A stretch of 64,000 bases of DNA from Tubulanus polymorphus. Taxonomy: Eukaryota > Animalia > Nemertea. The DNA is taken from positions 13,875,807 to 13,939,806 of the forward strand of contig NC_134031.1 of assembly GCF_964204645.1 (NCBI RefSeq), written 5' to 3'. The notes under the pieces were generated by a model. That model saw nothing but the letters and a program-made list of their open reading frames with translations, made no database searches and was not told the DNA's origin. Below are positions 62,720 to 64,000 of the stretch, in pieces. A program made the translations under genes and the position numbers. Every line of letters begins with the position of its first letter. Position 1 is the stretch's first letter.

Positions 62720-63653
62720 AAACCATAGACGGAAAGACTTTGGCGATTCGGAGATCGAAGTCCATGCCGAGATAAGTGAACTGTTGGGCCGGCGTCAACT
62801 GAGATTTTTCCCTGTTTACGCGGAACCCTAGCTGATGGACTAAGTCCAAGACTGAGGTCATTACCTCCCGACATTCCTGAGCCGAATTCGCGACTATTAA
62901 CCAGTCGTCGAGGTAAACGAACAGTCGAACACCCCTTGACTGAAGTACCTTCTGAACTGACTTGACCAACTTGGTGAAAACCCACGGGGCCGTACTGAGG
63001 CCAAATGGAAGAGACCTGAATTGGAACGGGCGGCCTTTCCACTTTATCCTGTGAAATCGCCGAGATTTTGGGTGAATTGGAACCTGAAAGTAAGCATCTT
63101 TCAGGTCCAATGAAGCCGCCCATTGACCCGGACGGAGCCCTTGAATCACGTCCTTGGGCTTGGTCATCCTGAACCTTGGAATGTCTAGGTGCCGATTGAG
63201 GGATGACAGATCTATCACTGTCCGTTGACCCCCTGTGGCCTTTGGTACCATGAATATTCGAGAAAACCAGCCGGGAGAAGTTTCGTTGCAAACTGGTTCT
63301 ATCGCTCCCTTCTCTGCCAGTTCCTTGAGAGCCGGAGAGATTAAGGCCTCCTGACCTGGTTTTGGCCGCATGTCGGGAGGTGACCTCATCAGGCGCGGTC
63401 GCCTTAGGAAACGGAGACGGTAGCCCCGAGAGACGACCCGGGAGGGCCAACCGTCTCCAAAGAGGTCGGACCAGTGGGTTGCTGCCTGCTGCAGACAACC
63501 TCCCACTGGTCCCAAGAATTCATTTCGAGTTTTTCCGAAAGGAAGAGCCCCTTTTTGGAGCCTTCCCCTTGCCTCGATACGAACCGGAACTGTTACGACC
63601 GGACGAGGCTTGACACGATTGTTGAAGTTGCGCGCTAGTTCTCCAACCGGCAT
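62720..63653 (-). CDS. DIRS reverse transcriptase (frameshifted at ~62721 relative to RNase H)
   Basis: Motifs SRIFMVPK, VIDLSSLN, SLDLKDAYFQVPI, LPFGLSTAPWVFTK, YLDDWL, YLG. Confidence 0.93.
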
Positions 63654-64000
63654 CCGAAGCCGCCTGAGAAAGCGCTGAAGTTTGAGATGGTCCTGTTTGC
63701 GTCCGTGCCGAACCTTGCGCCGCCGGCGTCGGACCAGAACGCTTTTTCCACGGAGTTCGGGGGTTGGACTTGGCCTGAACCTCCCGAATCTTCCTCAGCT
63801 CTGCGGAAACCGGAGCGCACCAACCGGAGAAGAGACGTGAAGACGTCCCCAATGGGGCTCTCAGCAAAGCATTGGACACCATATCCGGTAGACGAGTTTT
63901 GGCACTGGAGTCCATCACTGACTGACGGGAGGCTAACACCAGATTAGCCTGACCCCGAACCGACAACGGAATTACATGCGAAACAGACCGAGCCAAAGAT
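63520..64000 (-). CDS. DIRS gag-like ORF1, C-terminal part
   Basis: Open frame upstream of and overlapping the start of RT, with an LLRAPL...LFSG motif and a basic tail. Its position matches DIRS ORF1. Confidence 0.7.
   Translation of the reverse strand, partial: SLARSVSHVIPLSVRGQANLVLASRQSVMDSSAKTRLPDMVSNALLRAPLGTSSRLFSGWCAPVSAELRKIREVQAKSNPRTPWKKRSGPTPAAQGSARTQTGPSQTSALSQAASDAGWRTSAQLQQSCQASSGRNSSGSYRGKGKAPKRGSSFRKNSK

Larger units (their letters stand above)
59991..64000 (-). mobile_element. DIRS1-type tyrosine-recombinase retrotransposon (5' end outside window), in the mitofusin intron
   Basis: Overlapping gag, RT, RNase H, methyltransferase-like and YR ORFs. The right terminus ends ...AATATTT at 59991. 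Internal complementary region at 60217-60314. Confidence 0.95.

Overview
AT-rich eukaryotic genomic DNA, probably from an invertebrate animal (inferred from its repeat families). It contains two convergent host genes. TMCO4 (DUF726 alpha/beta-hydrolase-like) is on the + strand with 11 reconstructable coding exons at 16222-49477; its first coding exon was not found. The last two exons of a mitofusin are on the - strand at 59520-59801. Most of the rest is nested transposons. 1-12.3 kb is a decayed Gypsy + BEL/Pao + hAT pile. There are three families of Helentron-type non-autonomous elements (HINE/DINE-1 architecture) with ~146-155 bp internal tandem repeats. A Penelope-like element carries an inverted pseudo-LTR and hammerhead ribozyme motifs, and a second, tiny hammerhead-bearing insertion sits in a TMCO4 intron. 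A Helitron and many MITEs are also present. A young DIRS1-type tyrosine-recombinase retrotransposon sits sense-oriented in the mitofusin intron and runs off the right edge. I see no clearly new biological system. The most interesting items are the ribozyme motifs, the dual-coding DIRS element and its splice donor, the nesting history, and an accessory ORF in the Gypsy element. All homology calls come from recalled protein motifs, not database searches.
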